Below are positions 1 through 11,240 of a DNA stretch of 64,000 nucleotides, in pieces (position 1 is the stretch's first letter; each line of letters begins with the position of its first letter). A program made the translations under genes and the position numbers. Source of the DNA: Entomortierella parvispora E1425 (taxonomy: Eukaryota > Fungi > Mortierellomycota). Location of the stretch: assembly GCA_020891255.1 (NCBI GenBank), contig BQFW01000008.1:1798001-1862000 (forward strand), read 5' to 3'. The notes beneath the pieces are model-generated. The model made no database searches and was not told where the DNA came from. It was given only the letters and a program-made list of their open reading frames with translations.

Positions 1-2
1 GC

Positions 3-2999
3 TTTACCGTCTCCAACTTGTTGATTCCTGGCCATGTTCAGCCTTGGGAGATGGATTGCGGAAAGCCCTCGCACGTTGCTTCGGCCCTTGACATCATGAT
101 CCAGGGACCTCTTGGAGGAGCTGCCTTCAACAACGAGTTTGGACGTCCCGCTATTACCGGTTACTTCCGCACATTCCTCGAGTCTGTTCCCACCGTTGAT
201 GGAAAGGACGAGATCCGTGGATTCCACAAGCCCATTATGCTGGCTGGAGGTTTGGGAACAATCCGCCCTCAGCATGTCCACAAGAATAAGATCCAGCCCG
301 GCGCTCACTTGGTTGTGCTCGGTGGACCCTGCATGTTGATCGGATTGGGAGGAGGAGCTGCCAGTTCGATGACCTCTGGAGAGTCTTCGGCCGCTTTGGA
401 CTTTGCCTCTGTTCAGCGTGAGAACCCCGAGATGCAGCGCCGCTGCCAGCAGGTCATTGATTCGTGCACTGCCCTTGGCGACAAGAACCCTGTTCAGTCC
501 ATTCACGATGTCGGTGCTGGAGGACTTTGCAATGCCCTCCCAGAGATTGTTCACGACTGCAACCTTGGTGCCGTGATTGAGCTTCGCAACATCAACAACG
601 ACGATCCCAGCATGTCCCCCATGGAGATTTGGTGCAATGAGTCCCAGGAACGTTATGTCCTTGCTATCGGGCCCGAGAACATTGAGACCTTCAAGGCCAT
701 CTGCGAGCGTGAGCGATGCCCTTACGCCTTGGCTGGTCTTGCCACTGCAGAGGAGAAGTTGGTCTTGAACGACAGCCTCCTTGGCACCACCCCCATTGAT
801 CTCCCTATGTCGACCCTCTTTGGAAAGCCCCCCAAGATGTCTCGCACCACCACTACTGTCATTCCCACCCGCCACGCTTTCGACAGCAGCTTGAAGTCCT
901 ACTTGCCTTCCCTGTCCCAGGCCTCCGAGCTTGTCACAGACGCCGCTCATCGTGTCTTGAGACTTCCTGCCGTCGCCTCCAAGTCCTTCTTGATCACTAT
1001 TGGTGATCGTACCGTTACCGGCTTGGTCGCTCGCGACCAGTTTGTTGGACCCTGGCAGGTTCCTGTTGCCGATGTTGCCGTGACTGCTACCTCCCTCGGC
1101 GTCTCTGTTGGAGAGGCTATGGCTATGGGTGAACGTCCCCCTATTGCTTTGATCTCTGCTGCTGCCTCTGCCCGTATGGCAGTCGGTGAGTGCATCACCA
1201 ACATGGCTGCTGCCAACATTCCCTCGTTGGACCAGATCCGCATGTCTGCCAACTGGATGGCAGCTCCTGATCACCAGGGTGAAGGTGCTCGTCTTTACGA
1301 GGCCGTCCAGGCCATCGGTTTGGACCTTTGCCCCGCTTTGGGCATCAGTATCCCTGTCGGCAAGGACTCAATGTCGATGAAGATGAAGTGGAACCAGGAT
1401 GGCCAGCAGGTCGAGGTGACCGCTCCTTTGGCTTTGAACATTACTGGATTCGGTCCCGTCGCTGATGTTCACAAGACTCTCACCCCCGAGCTTATCACGG
1501 ATGCTGACAACACTGTCTTGGTCCTGATCGACCTTGCTAATGGAAAGGAGCGTCTCGGAGGATCAGCCATTGCTCAGGTTTACAAGCAGATCGGAAGCGA
1601 GGTTCCTGATGTGGAGAGTGCCGAGACTCTCAAGGCTTTCTTCAAGGCCATCCAGGCTGTTCGCCAGCACGACGATCTCGTCCTTGCTTACCACGATCGT
1701 TCGGACGGTGGTCTTTTTGCCACTGTTGCCGAGATGTGCTTTGCTGGACATGTTGGTGCCAAGATTGATGTCTCAACCATCACTCAGGATGCCGTCGCTG
1801 GTCTTTTCAACGAAGAGTTGGGAGCAGTTGTTCAGGTCCGTGAGAACCAGGTTGAGCAGTTGAAGGCCGTTTTTGCCGAGAACGGATTCCCTGCCGAGTG
1901 TTTGAAGATTGTCGGAACTGTCAATGCCAAGGGTGACGATTCGATCGTGATTTCCCACCAGGGTATCCAGGTCTTGAACTCGACCCGTGTCGAGCTTCAG
2001 CGTATCTGGACCGAGACTTCGTACCACATTCAGTCTCTCCGTGACAACTCTGACTGCGCCTTGCAGGAGTTTGACGCCCTTTTGGATGCCCAGGATCCTG
2101 GTTTGTCTTACAAGCTTACCTTCAACCCAGCTGAGGAGATTCTCTCTGAGGCTGAGACTAAGCTCGCCAACAATGAGCGCCCCAAGGTTGCCATCTTGCG
2201 CGAGCAGGGTGTCAATGGTCAGATCGAGATGGCATATGCCTTCCATGCTGCTGGATTCACTGCCGTGGATGTCCACATGTCTGATATCCTCTCTGGAAAG
2301 GTTTCGCTCAAGGATTTCAAGGGTATTGCTGCCTGCGGTGGATTCTCTTACGGTGATGTTCTCGGTGCTGGATCTGGGTGGGCCAAGTCAATCTTGTTGC
2401 ACGAGCATGCCAGAAACGAGTTCTATGACTTCTTGACTGTCCGCCAAGATACTTTTGCTCTCGGAGTCTGCAACGGATGCCAGTTCTTGTCACAGATGCG
2501 CGAGTTGATCCCTGGTGCCCAGCACTGGCCTTACTTCATGCGCAACCAGAGTGAGCAGTTCGAGGCTCGCTTCAGCAGAATTGCCTTGGAGGACAACAAG
2601 GAGACCAGCGCTTCGACCGTGGCTTCCATCTTTTTCGATGGTATGCGCGGTTCCAAGCTCCCTATTGCAGTTGCTCACGGTGAGGGACGTGCCGAGTTTG
2701 CGTTGCCTTCGGATCTGGAGCAATTGAAGAGCCAGGGCTTGATCGCTGCCTCGTTTGTCGACAACTATGGCGAAAGAACTGAGCAGTACCCATTGAACCC
2801 CAACGGATCTCCTCTTGGTATCACTGCTGTCCAAACACCCAACGGACGTGTCCTGGCCATGATGCCCCATCCTGAGCGTGTCACCAGTCGTGAGGCCAAC
2901 TCTTGGTACCCCCGTCAAGAAGGTGCTCAATGGGGCGAGAATGGCCCATGGTTGAGGATGTTCAAGAACGCGCGCAAGTGGGTCAGCAACCAAGCTTAA
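3..2999 (+). CDS. ADE6: Phosphoribosylformylglycinamidine synthase (FGAM synthase), 5' part outside the window, no introns in the visible part
   Basis: Frame open from the window edge. PurL motifs GAAAFNNEFGRP, IHDVGAGG and DRSDGG; glutaminase motifs GGFSYGD, GVCNGCQ (catalytic Cys) and MPHPER. Confidence 0.98.
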   Translation, partial: FTVSNLLIPGHVQPWEMDCGKPSHVASALDIMIQGPLGGAAFNNEFGRPAITGYFRTFLESVPTVDGKDEIRGFHKPIMLAGGLGTIRPQHVHKNKIQPGAHLVVLGGPCMLIGLGGGAASSMTSGESSAALDFASVQRENPEMQRRCQQVIDSCTALGDKNPVQSIHDVGAGGLCNALPEIVHDCNLGAVIELRNINNDDPSMSPMEIWCNESQERYVLAIGPENIETFKAICERERCPYALAGLATAEEKLVLNDSLLGTTPIDLPMSTLFGKPPKMSRTTTTVIPTRHAFDSSLKSYLPSLSQASELVTDAAHRVLRLPAVASKSFLITIGDRTVTGLVARDQFVGPWQVPVADVAVTATSLGVSVGEAMAMGERPPIALISAAASARMAVGECITNMAAANIPSLDQIRMSANWMAAPDHQGEGARLYEAVQAIGLDLCPALGISIPVGKDSMSMKMKWNQDGQQVEVTAPLALNITGFGPVADVHKTLTPELITDADNTVLVLIDLANGKERLGGSAIAQVYKQIGSEVPDVESAETLKAFFKAIQAVRQHDDLVLAYHDRSDGGLFATVAEMCFAGHVGAKIDVSTITQDAVAGLFNEELGAVVQVRENQVEQLKAVFAENGFPAECLKIVGTVNAKGDDSIVISHQGIQVLNSTRVELQRIWTETSYHIQSLRDNSDCALQEFDALLDAQDPGLSYKLTFNPAEEILSEAETKLANNERPKVAILREQGVNGQIEMAYAFHAAGFTAVDVHMSDILSGKVSLKDFKGIAACGGFSYGDVLGAGSGWAKSILLHEHARNEFYDFLTVRQDTFALGVCNGCQFLSQMRELIPGAQHWPYFMRNQSEQFEARFSRIALEDNKETSASTVASIFFDGMRGSKLPIAVAHGEGRAEFALPSDLEQLKSQGLIAASFVDNYGERTEQYPLNPNGSPLGITAVQTPNGRVLAMMPHPERVTSREANSWYPRQEGAQWGENGPWLRMFKNARKWVSNQA

Positions 3000-4068
3000 A
3001 GCGGACCTTTTTCCCTATTTCCGCTTTCCGTCGTTTATTAGTTTTTGTCTTGTCTGCATTCCATCATTCTGCGTTGTCTTTTGTTTTTTTTTCTCTCTTA
3101 TTTTCGTATTTTATTGAACAATAAAATATCTCAATCATACCCTACAACAAACACCTCTCAGACAAACAATTATTGCTTTGCATGGAACAAGACGTCTTGT
3201 CAGGATCAGACATCTGTGCGACATTAAGAATTGGCCCGGCTCTGGTAACTTTGTGTTACACACAGCCCTTTGGCCGCCACGGAGAAAAAAACCAAGAGCG
3301 AGGGGTCGCGTGATTTCCTGTATAGCTCTCTCCATGGAGGGCATAGGTGTTCCTAGTGAAAAGAACCCCAAGGCCTTTGCAAAGCCCACACGTGTGGATG
3401 CAAGGAATGGCATGCTTGAGCAGGACTAAGTTGCAATAAGTCAGGACCAAAGGTCTAGACGCGGTAACGCAGAAAAGTTCGGGTAGTCCATGAGGTTGAT
3501 TCAGGAAGCTGAGGATGGTCCAACGAAGCAGAGACCAATAAAGAAGACTAAAGTGGCGACAGCGACCGTCGGGGTGATCACAGTGAGCTGCAAGTGTTAG
3601 GAAAAGGGTCCCTGGAAGCCCAGGATAAAGATCTGGCCCCGCAAGAAGGAGCGTCGTTCCCCTTCCACTGCATCAGATTACAGCGATCTTAAGGGTTGTG
3701 CCTGGAGCACATTTTTTTTGTTAAAATTATCAAAGACAAGAAGGGGCCATTCGGCGAGAAGCGATTGTCACTCCGCTTGAGACTGCACCAACGGCAAAGA
3801 ACTGCAGCCAGTGCGGCCCCGTCCTTTGGGCCAATTGTGCGTGATGACACCTCGTCCCATAATGGCGTGCTTCTGCCTGCCCGTGCTAGCGCCCTGTAAA
3901 GGCCCTGCCAGTCCACCGGTGGACAAGGCGAGGTCGACGGCGATACGCTGAGCTGCTTCGACACAACCCCTTTATGAACGGCGGACTTGGCCCGTTATCA
4001 TGATTCACAGCCTGATCAGACAGTGCAAATGGCCACAACGCGTTCTTGGTTCCTAATCGGCAAATCGG

Positions 4069-4075
4069 TATAAAA
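4069..4075 (+). promoter_or_regulatory. Candidate TATA box of the amino-acid transporter gene
   Basis: TATAAAA about 250 nt upstream of ATG 4321, followed by a CT-rich tract typical of fungal 5' UTRs. Confidence 0.45.
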
Positions 4076-4320
4076 GGGATCGTTGCCTCCACTTTTTTTT
4101 TTCGTTGCTCATCCTCTCTGGTGTCTTTTGAATCTACTACTCACAAGGCCCACCCCACCCCTACCGACACCACCACCACCACCACCACCACCACCTTATC
4201 CCTACCTCTACCCCTACCCCACGCCTGCCCTTCCCCTCCCCTCTTCCTCCGCTTCCTCTCTCCACACTTTTTTCCCACTTTATTTTCAAACGCTTACATA
4301 CCCAAAGTATTCTTATATCA

Positions 4321-5779
4321 ATGTCCAAAATCGAAGCCGAAAAGTCCTATGAGGCTGATGTCGAGAGCGTCTCCTCATCTTCTCTTGAGGGTGATATCTA
4401 TGCCAACGCACCCGCAGGCAAGGCCACCGACTTCCAGGCCTATGTCAATGTCGTCAGTGTCTTGGCTGGAGCCGGTACCCTCGGTCTTCCTGCCGCCCTC
4501 CAAAGTGCCGGTTGGGTTGGTCTGATCATCCTTGCCCTTGCCTGTGCGATGGCCATCTACTCTAACCAAAAGCTGATCAAGTGCTTGTACTATGACGGGT
4601 AAGCTACATTAACATCCAGTACTGCAGCCCGGTACAATTTGGGACGGAGGCGTTCGGACATTTGAACTGCGATTTCCCATTTTTTGTCTCTCTTACTAAA
4701 AACAATTGCCGTTTTTTCTCCGTTTTGATAGTCGCAACCGTCTGAGAGAGTACCCCGATGTGGCTCACGCTGCCTTTGGATTGCCTGGTCGTATCGTTGT
4801 CACCTTCTTTTACAACTCTATCGCTTTGGGAGGACCTGTCCTCTACTTGATCTTGACTGGAACCAACATCTATGACCTCGCCTCCTCCGTCGGTAACACC
4901 ATCACCGTGAAACAGTGGATTATGATCGCCGCCGCCATCATGGTCGTCCCCATCATCTTGACAAAGACTATGCGTGAAGTCGCTTTCCTCAGTATCTTTG
5001 GCGCTCTCTCCACCACTATCGTCGTCTTTATTGTCATGATTGCCGCCATCATTGACAAGGGGAACTTTGACACTATCGCCTTGCCCGATGGCACTGTTGG
5101 ACCCGTTCACCATGACATCGTCGTCCCCCGCAACTTGCCCTTGGCCCTCGCCACCTTTGCCTTCTCTTACGGAGGAAACGTTATCTTCCCTCACGTCGAA
5201 GAGTCCATGAAGACCAAGCGCAGCTGGAACAGGATCATTCTCTGGGGAACCTTGACCGTCACTGTTCTTTACTTCCTCTGCTCCACTTCTGGATACGCCG
5301 TCTACGGCAGTGCTGTTCAATCCCCCATTTACTTGAACTTGCCCGGAGGTGCGACCCGTACCATCTCGACCATCATCATCACCCTCCATGTGTTGTTGGC
5401 CATCCCCTTGTTCATGACCACCTTCAACCTCCAGATCGAGGCTGCCTTGAAGTTGGACCAGCGTGGTTTCTCTTCCAAGACCGAGTTCTTTTACCGTGCC
5501 ATCCTCCGTACCGCCTCCATGGTCTTGGTTGCCACCATCGCCTTGTTCTTCCCTTACTTTGGACAGATGATGTCCTTGTTGGGCGCTTTGAGCGATGGCA
5601 TGTTGACTTTTGTCTTCCCCGTCGTCTTTTACCTCAAGTTGTACGGCATCAAGAGCGTCGGCAAGTTTGAGTTGCTCATCATGGCATTGATCATCATTGT
5701 CGGTACTGCCGGCAGTGCCATTGGAACTGTCGATGCCGTCAAGGAGTTGTACAAGGCTTACCACCACGAGTTGGACTAA
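4321..5779 (+). CDS. Transmembrane amino-acid transporter (Aa_trans/AAAP family); exons 4321-4598, 4732-5779
   Basis: TM1 motif AYVNVVSVLAGAGTLGLP; FAFSYGGNVIFP; many hydrophobic segments. GT(4599)..AG(4731) intron restores the frame (YDG|RNRL). Confidence 0.92.
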
Positions 5780-8700
5780 AGGAGCACCCACACTCACCTA
5801 CCTACCCCAAAAAGAGAACTTCAACAGTTTTCGCATACCCTTTCTCAGTTTTTTTGTTCACCTTTGTTACTTTTTTGCATCCTTTTATCTTTTTATATAG
5901 TAAGCATCCCCTACCACCACTACCAGATCATCTCAACATGATTATTCCCCTCCCCGTGTACCATTATTCCATTAAATAATAACAGCATTCTCATATTCTG
6001 CACCAGAACCTCCAGTCCACCAGACTTCATGCATCCATGATTGAGTGAATGAATGAATGAGTTGACTTGATTGATTGATTGATGGAAACTCTACAAAACC
6101 CGTCAGAGCTTTTACCTTTTGGTAGAGGGAGGGAGTGTGGAGAAGAGGTTTTTATTTCTTTTTCGTGGTTCGCGCAGGAAGGCGTGTCTTTTTTTTTTTT
6201 TTTTGAGTTATGGTTGATCGCCCGGGTTTCTGTCGACAAACAAAATCAGAGGACAGTGCGTTCATTTTGTTTGTGTTTTTGTCCAAAAGCCTCATTTTTG
6301 TTCAAACTCAAAGAGAACGAGAGGGCAACAGTGGCTTTTGATATGGCATGGCAAAAACAGGAACACAGCGATGACTCTACGCAATACGTTTGTATGTTGG
6401 TGTGGGAGACGGAATTAAAAAAAGATAAAGGTTGAGAACTTTCCGAAGGAAGGAAAGGAGAGACACCCCAAGGGCCCTCGGGTTTGTACAAAGTGGCCGC
6501 CAATGAGGAGCTGGCGGAGACTTTTGCTTTTTTTTTGTTTTTGGAGTGATAAGGCTCGTTTCTCGGAATTTTTATTTCAAATATTTTGCAACACGCACGA
6601 GGGAAAGGGCGGACAAAGAATTGGCGTACTGTACCCTCCTCCTCTTGGAGGGTGGGTCCAGAGTCCAGACCAAACCGTTAGACTGGGACAAACGTCGGGC
6701 GGAAAGAAAGAGAAGGGGTGTGGGGGTAAAGAAGGAGCGACAATTGCTCCGCTAGTGAGCTTGGTTGATCATTCGTTCGATCAGGCCACACGTCAGACGT
6801 TCTTTCGGACCGAATAGTAATCGAGCGATTCGAAAGAGGCGGTGGATCATGATGACGGCCATTCCTGTTTTTGCTTCAGAGTACAAAAGAGAGAACGAGG
6901 GATTTCTGTCTAGCGGCCATGTCATCATCACGCAGACCAAGAGTACAGCAGCTCTGATGATGAGGCAATAAAACAGAAAACTAAATCAAGAACGATGAAT
7001 AAAAAAAACCAGCTCTTTGTAGGCAGAGTCGCCAAGTTGGGAACAAAGAAACATAATAGAAGGGTTCTTTTTGCCCAACACCTAGCTGAACAAACAGGAG
7101 GTGGTCTCTTTCACAGGAGATCGCAAAACAAACAAACAAAAGACAGGAGAACAGACCACCTTAGATCTGTCAATCTTACTCTCGACGCTCCATCAAGAGT
7201 ATGGATTGGACGATCCTTTAGAGCGATTGTTACACCATCTTCTCTCACGGGCCGTGTGAAAGTACCTTTTTTGTTCATCTCGAAATCAACAATGTCTTTT
7301 TTAGTCTCTGATTGATGCGAGATAGGGGAGGATCGAGGTACACATGTCTCCAGATAGACTGTCAATGACAGATCGAGGTTGGGCGCTGGACTTACGAGCC
7401 GTTACATACGTATGTCCGGTAAAGTAATAACACAAACTACACCTATTATGATCGGTCTGTAAGGTTTACGGCGGGTTAGAAAGGACCCCGGGTACCCCCT
7501 CGCCCCAACAACGTCGTACAAATCCAATACCGCTCTCGTATGTGCCCGGGAAGCCATCGTCTTGGGACAGTCAAAGTGCCCGATGGAAAACGACGTCCAG
7601 AGATGCCTCCCTTTTTTGGACAAAAAGTGATTTAGGCAAAGACCATAAGCTGTGTCATTGAGCTTTGTTTGTACAACTAAGACTAAGAGTTGCCACACAA
7701 ATACCAATCCAAGGTCGCCTTCATCTCGGCCACCCACAGGGGCAGAGGCTGGGCGCCTAGTATCTTCAAAGATGTATATCTAACACCGGAGGGGAATTGA
7801 GACTCGAGCACAGGGGAGAGGAGAGGCAAAAGGGACTCACTCTTCCAATTCAAGGTGTCGTTTTGCAACATCGGTCTTTCATAGCGTTGCTGCTGCTAAT
7901 ATGAAGTGGTTGACTCACTCTGCCTATCTCTAGCGGCTAACCGCATGCGACAGCCTGCAACAAAGGGCATGACTACCAGAAACCCCCGGAGGGACTTTTT
8001 GAGGGCCGTCAATGGTGTGTAGGAATTGCAAAACATCGTGTCAAGGTCTCTGCTGGGCTAACAATGACATGGCGGTTTCCACCTTAATCAAGGGACTTCA
8101 TTACTTTTCCACTGCCGACACTCCTGGATACAGTGTCTGGTGACTCTAGGCTTATTGTCTGGCCAGCCCTGAATCTCTGTTTTCTCCGCTTCAGTCCCGA
8201 CAAGCAATCAGGATCTTGCTGCGTGATTTCGTTGCGGTCGAGAACCCACATGGAAGGCCAAAAGTTGGCGGAGTCCCAGGAGTCTTTTATCGTCCCACCA
8301 CTCGTTGTCATTGACACAAAGCTCCCTAATCTAATACTGTATGTACATGCACGAAACTAGGCTGTGAATGGCCACCGTCGTGAATATGAGGCCAGTTACC
8401 CACCCGTGACGGATAGGGTTCCGACAGGATCGCTACCAGGGATAGTTGACGCTTGTAGAAGAAAAGAAAAAAATGTCAGAAATCTCGATATTTCTTTTTC
8501 TTCTTTTGCCCTTTTGTCGCTCTGTTCCTGGCAAACAAAAAACTGCCCCGACGAACACGGAGTGAAGTTCAGTTCTTGCTCTGGGGCATATGGGTCTTTC
8601 ACACTCCAAAGAGGGCATCTCGAACAGTCCTAACAGTCCCAAGCTTAACCACGGTGTTCAATTGAAGAACCATGAGTGTTTGTTGAACGTACCTAAGGAA

Positions 8701-9297
8701 CGCAAAAGGACACCTCTTCGCAGATGCTTTTTTTCTTTCTTTGGCGCACAGAATGGTTCTGTTTGTCTTTGAATGGCGCTGGCTCGGGGATCCAGGGAGG
8801 GGAAGATGGGCTGCCTGAGTCAAACCAGCCAAACCAGACCAGGGAGGTCGTCAAAAGAGGGTTCAACACAGATTTCATTGAGAGTTCAGAGCGAGAAAGC
8901 AGAGACAATACCGAGGGATGGGGCGATTGAATAGGATTTATACAATAGAGATGAATGAAGATCCTTCCCGACTTGGTAATTGACTGGTTCTCTTGCCCAT
9001 TCATTCTGGTTCATCCTACTGTACTAAGCAATTGCCCAAAGGCCCTCCACTTTTTGCTCGTGTGGTCGCCATCAGCAGACAACAGACATAAATACGCCGC
9101 GAGTTCGCCTTTTTTTTTTTTTTTTTTCCTTTTTTCTTTTCTTTGTTCTTCAGCCGACCAACCCTTATTCACTGCACCCTTTTTTTCTTTTTTGTGCTCC
9201 CATTCCATCCCCCCCACCTTCTTCATTCCTCACCCTCTTTCCCCCACCCCTCCTTTACACACGTCCATCCCTCTCTTTACTCCAGACTTGATCCATT

Positions 9298-11240
9298 ATG
9301 ACCTCTGAAAAGTATGATAGCAAGCTCGAAGCTGGCCCCGACCCTCTCGAGGTCAAGGAGGACAATGTCGTTGACAACAACCTCCAGGTTCCCGGCCCCA
9401 TTCCCTTTGCCGCCTGGTTGATTATCGTCAGTAAGTTACCTTACCCTCCATGAAAAAAATTTCACGAGCACCGCAGCTCTCTAGGCGCTCCCTCACCCAC
9501 AGTGGCACGGACTCTGTTACACAAAGCAGATCGTCTGTTGTCCATCAGGCCCTCTTCGACCCTCCCCACTCGCGCCCTTTTTGCTCCAAATGGCAATTGA
9601 TGCAGCCCAATGGCGTCTCGATGAACCAAACTCACCCTTGTTTGAAAGGGCAAGGGGTGTGTTTCTGTGAGCATGCCACAGCAGCCCAGACCTCCTTCCA
9701 AACCGTGTTGCCCCACCTCCGTGGTCTTTGTCTACCGTGTATAGAAATTTTTTTTTTTTTTCACATACTAACATTCTCCAACCGTCTCTGAATAGCCGAG
9801 TTGTGCGAGCGTTTCTCTTTCTATGGTGCCTCCATGTTGTTCCAGCGTTACATGTTGACCCACTTGCTCCTCGCCAAGGGCAATGCCACCGCCATCTCCC
9901 GTGGATTCTCCTTCTTCTCCTATATTACCACCATCTTTGGTGCCATTGTTGCTGACAAGTGGCTTGGAAAGTTCAAGACCATCTTGATCTTTGCTATCCT
10001 GTACACGGCCGGTCTCGTCCTCTTGACCGTCTCCTCGATCGATAGCTTGAAGGACACTCTCGGCCTCCCCGGTTTCTTGGTCGCTCTTTATTGCATGATC
10101 TCCTGGGGTACCGGTGGTATCAAGTCCAACGTCTCCACTTTTGCTGCTGAGCAGATCCCTGCCGAGGACTACCCCCACCCTACCAAGACCAGTGTCACCA
10201 TCAACCATGCCATGACCGTCGAGCGTGTCTTCCGTTACTTCTACATGGCTATCAACATCGGAGGAATGCTCGGTCAGGCCATTACCCCCGCTGTCTCTAA
10301 CAAGGCCTGGGACCTTGCTTTCATGATTCCCGCCATTGTCTTTGTGGTCGGTATTGCCATCTTTGCCATGGGTCGCTCCAAGTACTATGACCGTCCCCCC
10401 AAGGGCAACATTTTGGGCCAGAGTTTCCGTTGCTTCATCTATGCTTTCAAGAACCGCAAAAACCGCCCCGCCGGCACTCACTGGATCCAGGGAGCTCAGT
10501 CTAACAACGATGGTTCGCTCGAGTGGGATAACAAGTTCGTCTCTGATCTGGAGCGCACCTACCACGCCTGCAAGGTCTTCATGGTTTACCCTGTCTACTG
10601 GGCTCTTTACAACAATATGAACGATAACTTTGTCAACATGGCCATCAACATGACCCGTCCCAGCTGGCTCAACCCCGAGCAGCTCTCGTTCGTCAACTCT
10701 GCTGTCATTGTCATTTTCATCCCCATCCTCGACATCATTGTCTTCCCTCTTCTTCGCAAGGCCGGATTCAAGTTGGGACCTGTCAACCGTATCATCATTG
10801 GTTTCTCCATCGTCACCTTCTGCTTTGTTTACGTCGCTATCCTCCAGCACTTGCTTTACAAGTCGGCTCCTTACTACAACTTCTCGGGCAAGGATCCCCA
10901 GGGCAACTCCATCAACATCCCCTCGGACATCACCTTGGTCATCAACAACCTGACCATCTGGACCCAATTGCCTGCCTACATCTTGATCGGTATCTCTGAG
11001 ATTTTCGCCTCGGCCACCGGTCTCGAGTTTGCTTTCCGCTCTGCTGCTCCCGAGCTCAAGTCTGTGGTCATGAGTTTGTTCTTGGCCACCAACGCCTTTG
11101 GTTCCTTGATCGGTATGATCTTGGCCATCTGGTCCAACGACCCCAACTTTGTCTACGTCTACGCTGCCCAGGCCGTTGCCATGGGTATCATGACTGTCTT
11201 GTTCGCCTGGAGATTCGCTCACTTGGACAACATTGTTTAA
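9298..11240 (+). CDS. PTR2: Proton-dependent oligopeptide transporter (POT/PTR family); exons 9298-9430, 9796-11240
   Basis: Spliced TELCERFSFYG matches the ExxERFxxYG motif; GTGGIKSNVSTFAAEQ; FYMAINIGG signature; about 12 TM segments. Confidence 0.93.

Noticed and set aside
4604-5797. 397-aa minus-strand ORF
   Set aside because: Antisense shadow of the amino-acid transporter; strong C-ending codon bias on + suppresses stops on -.
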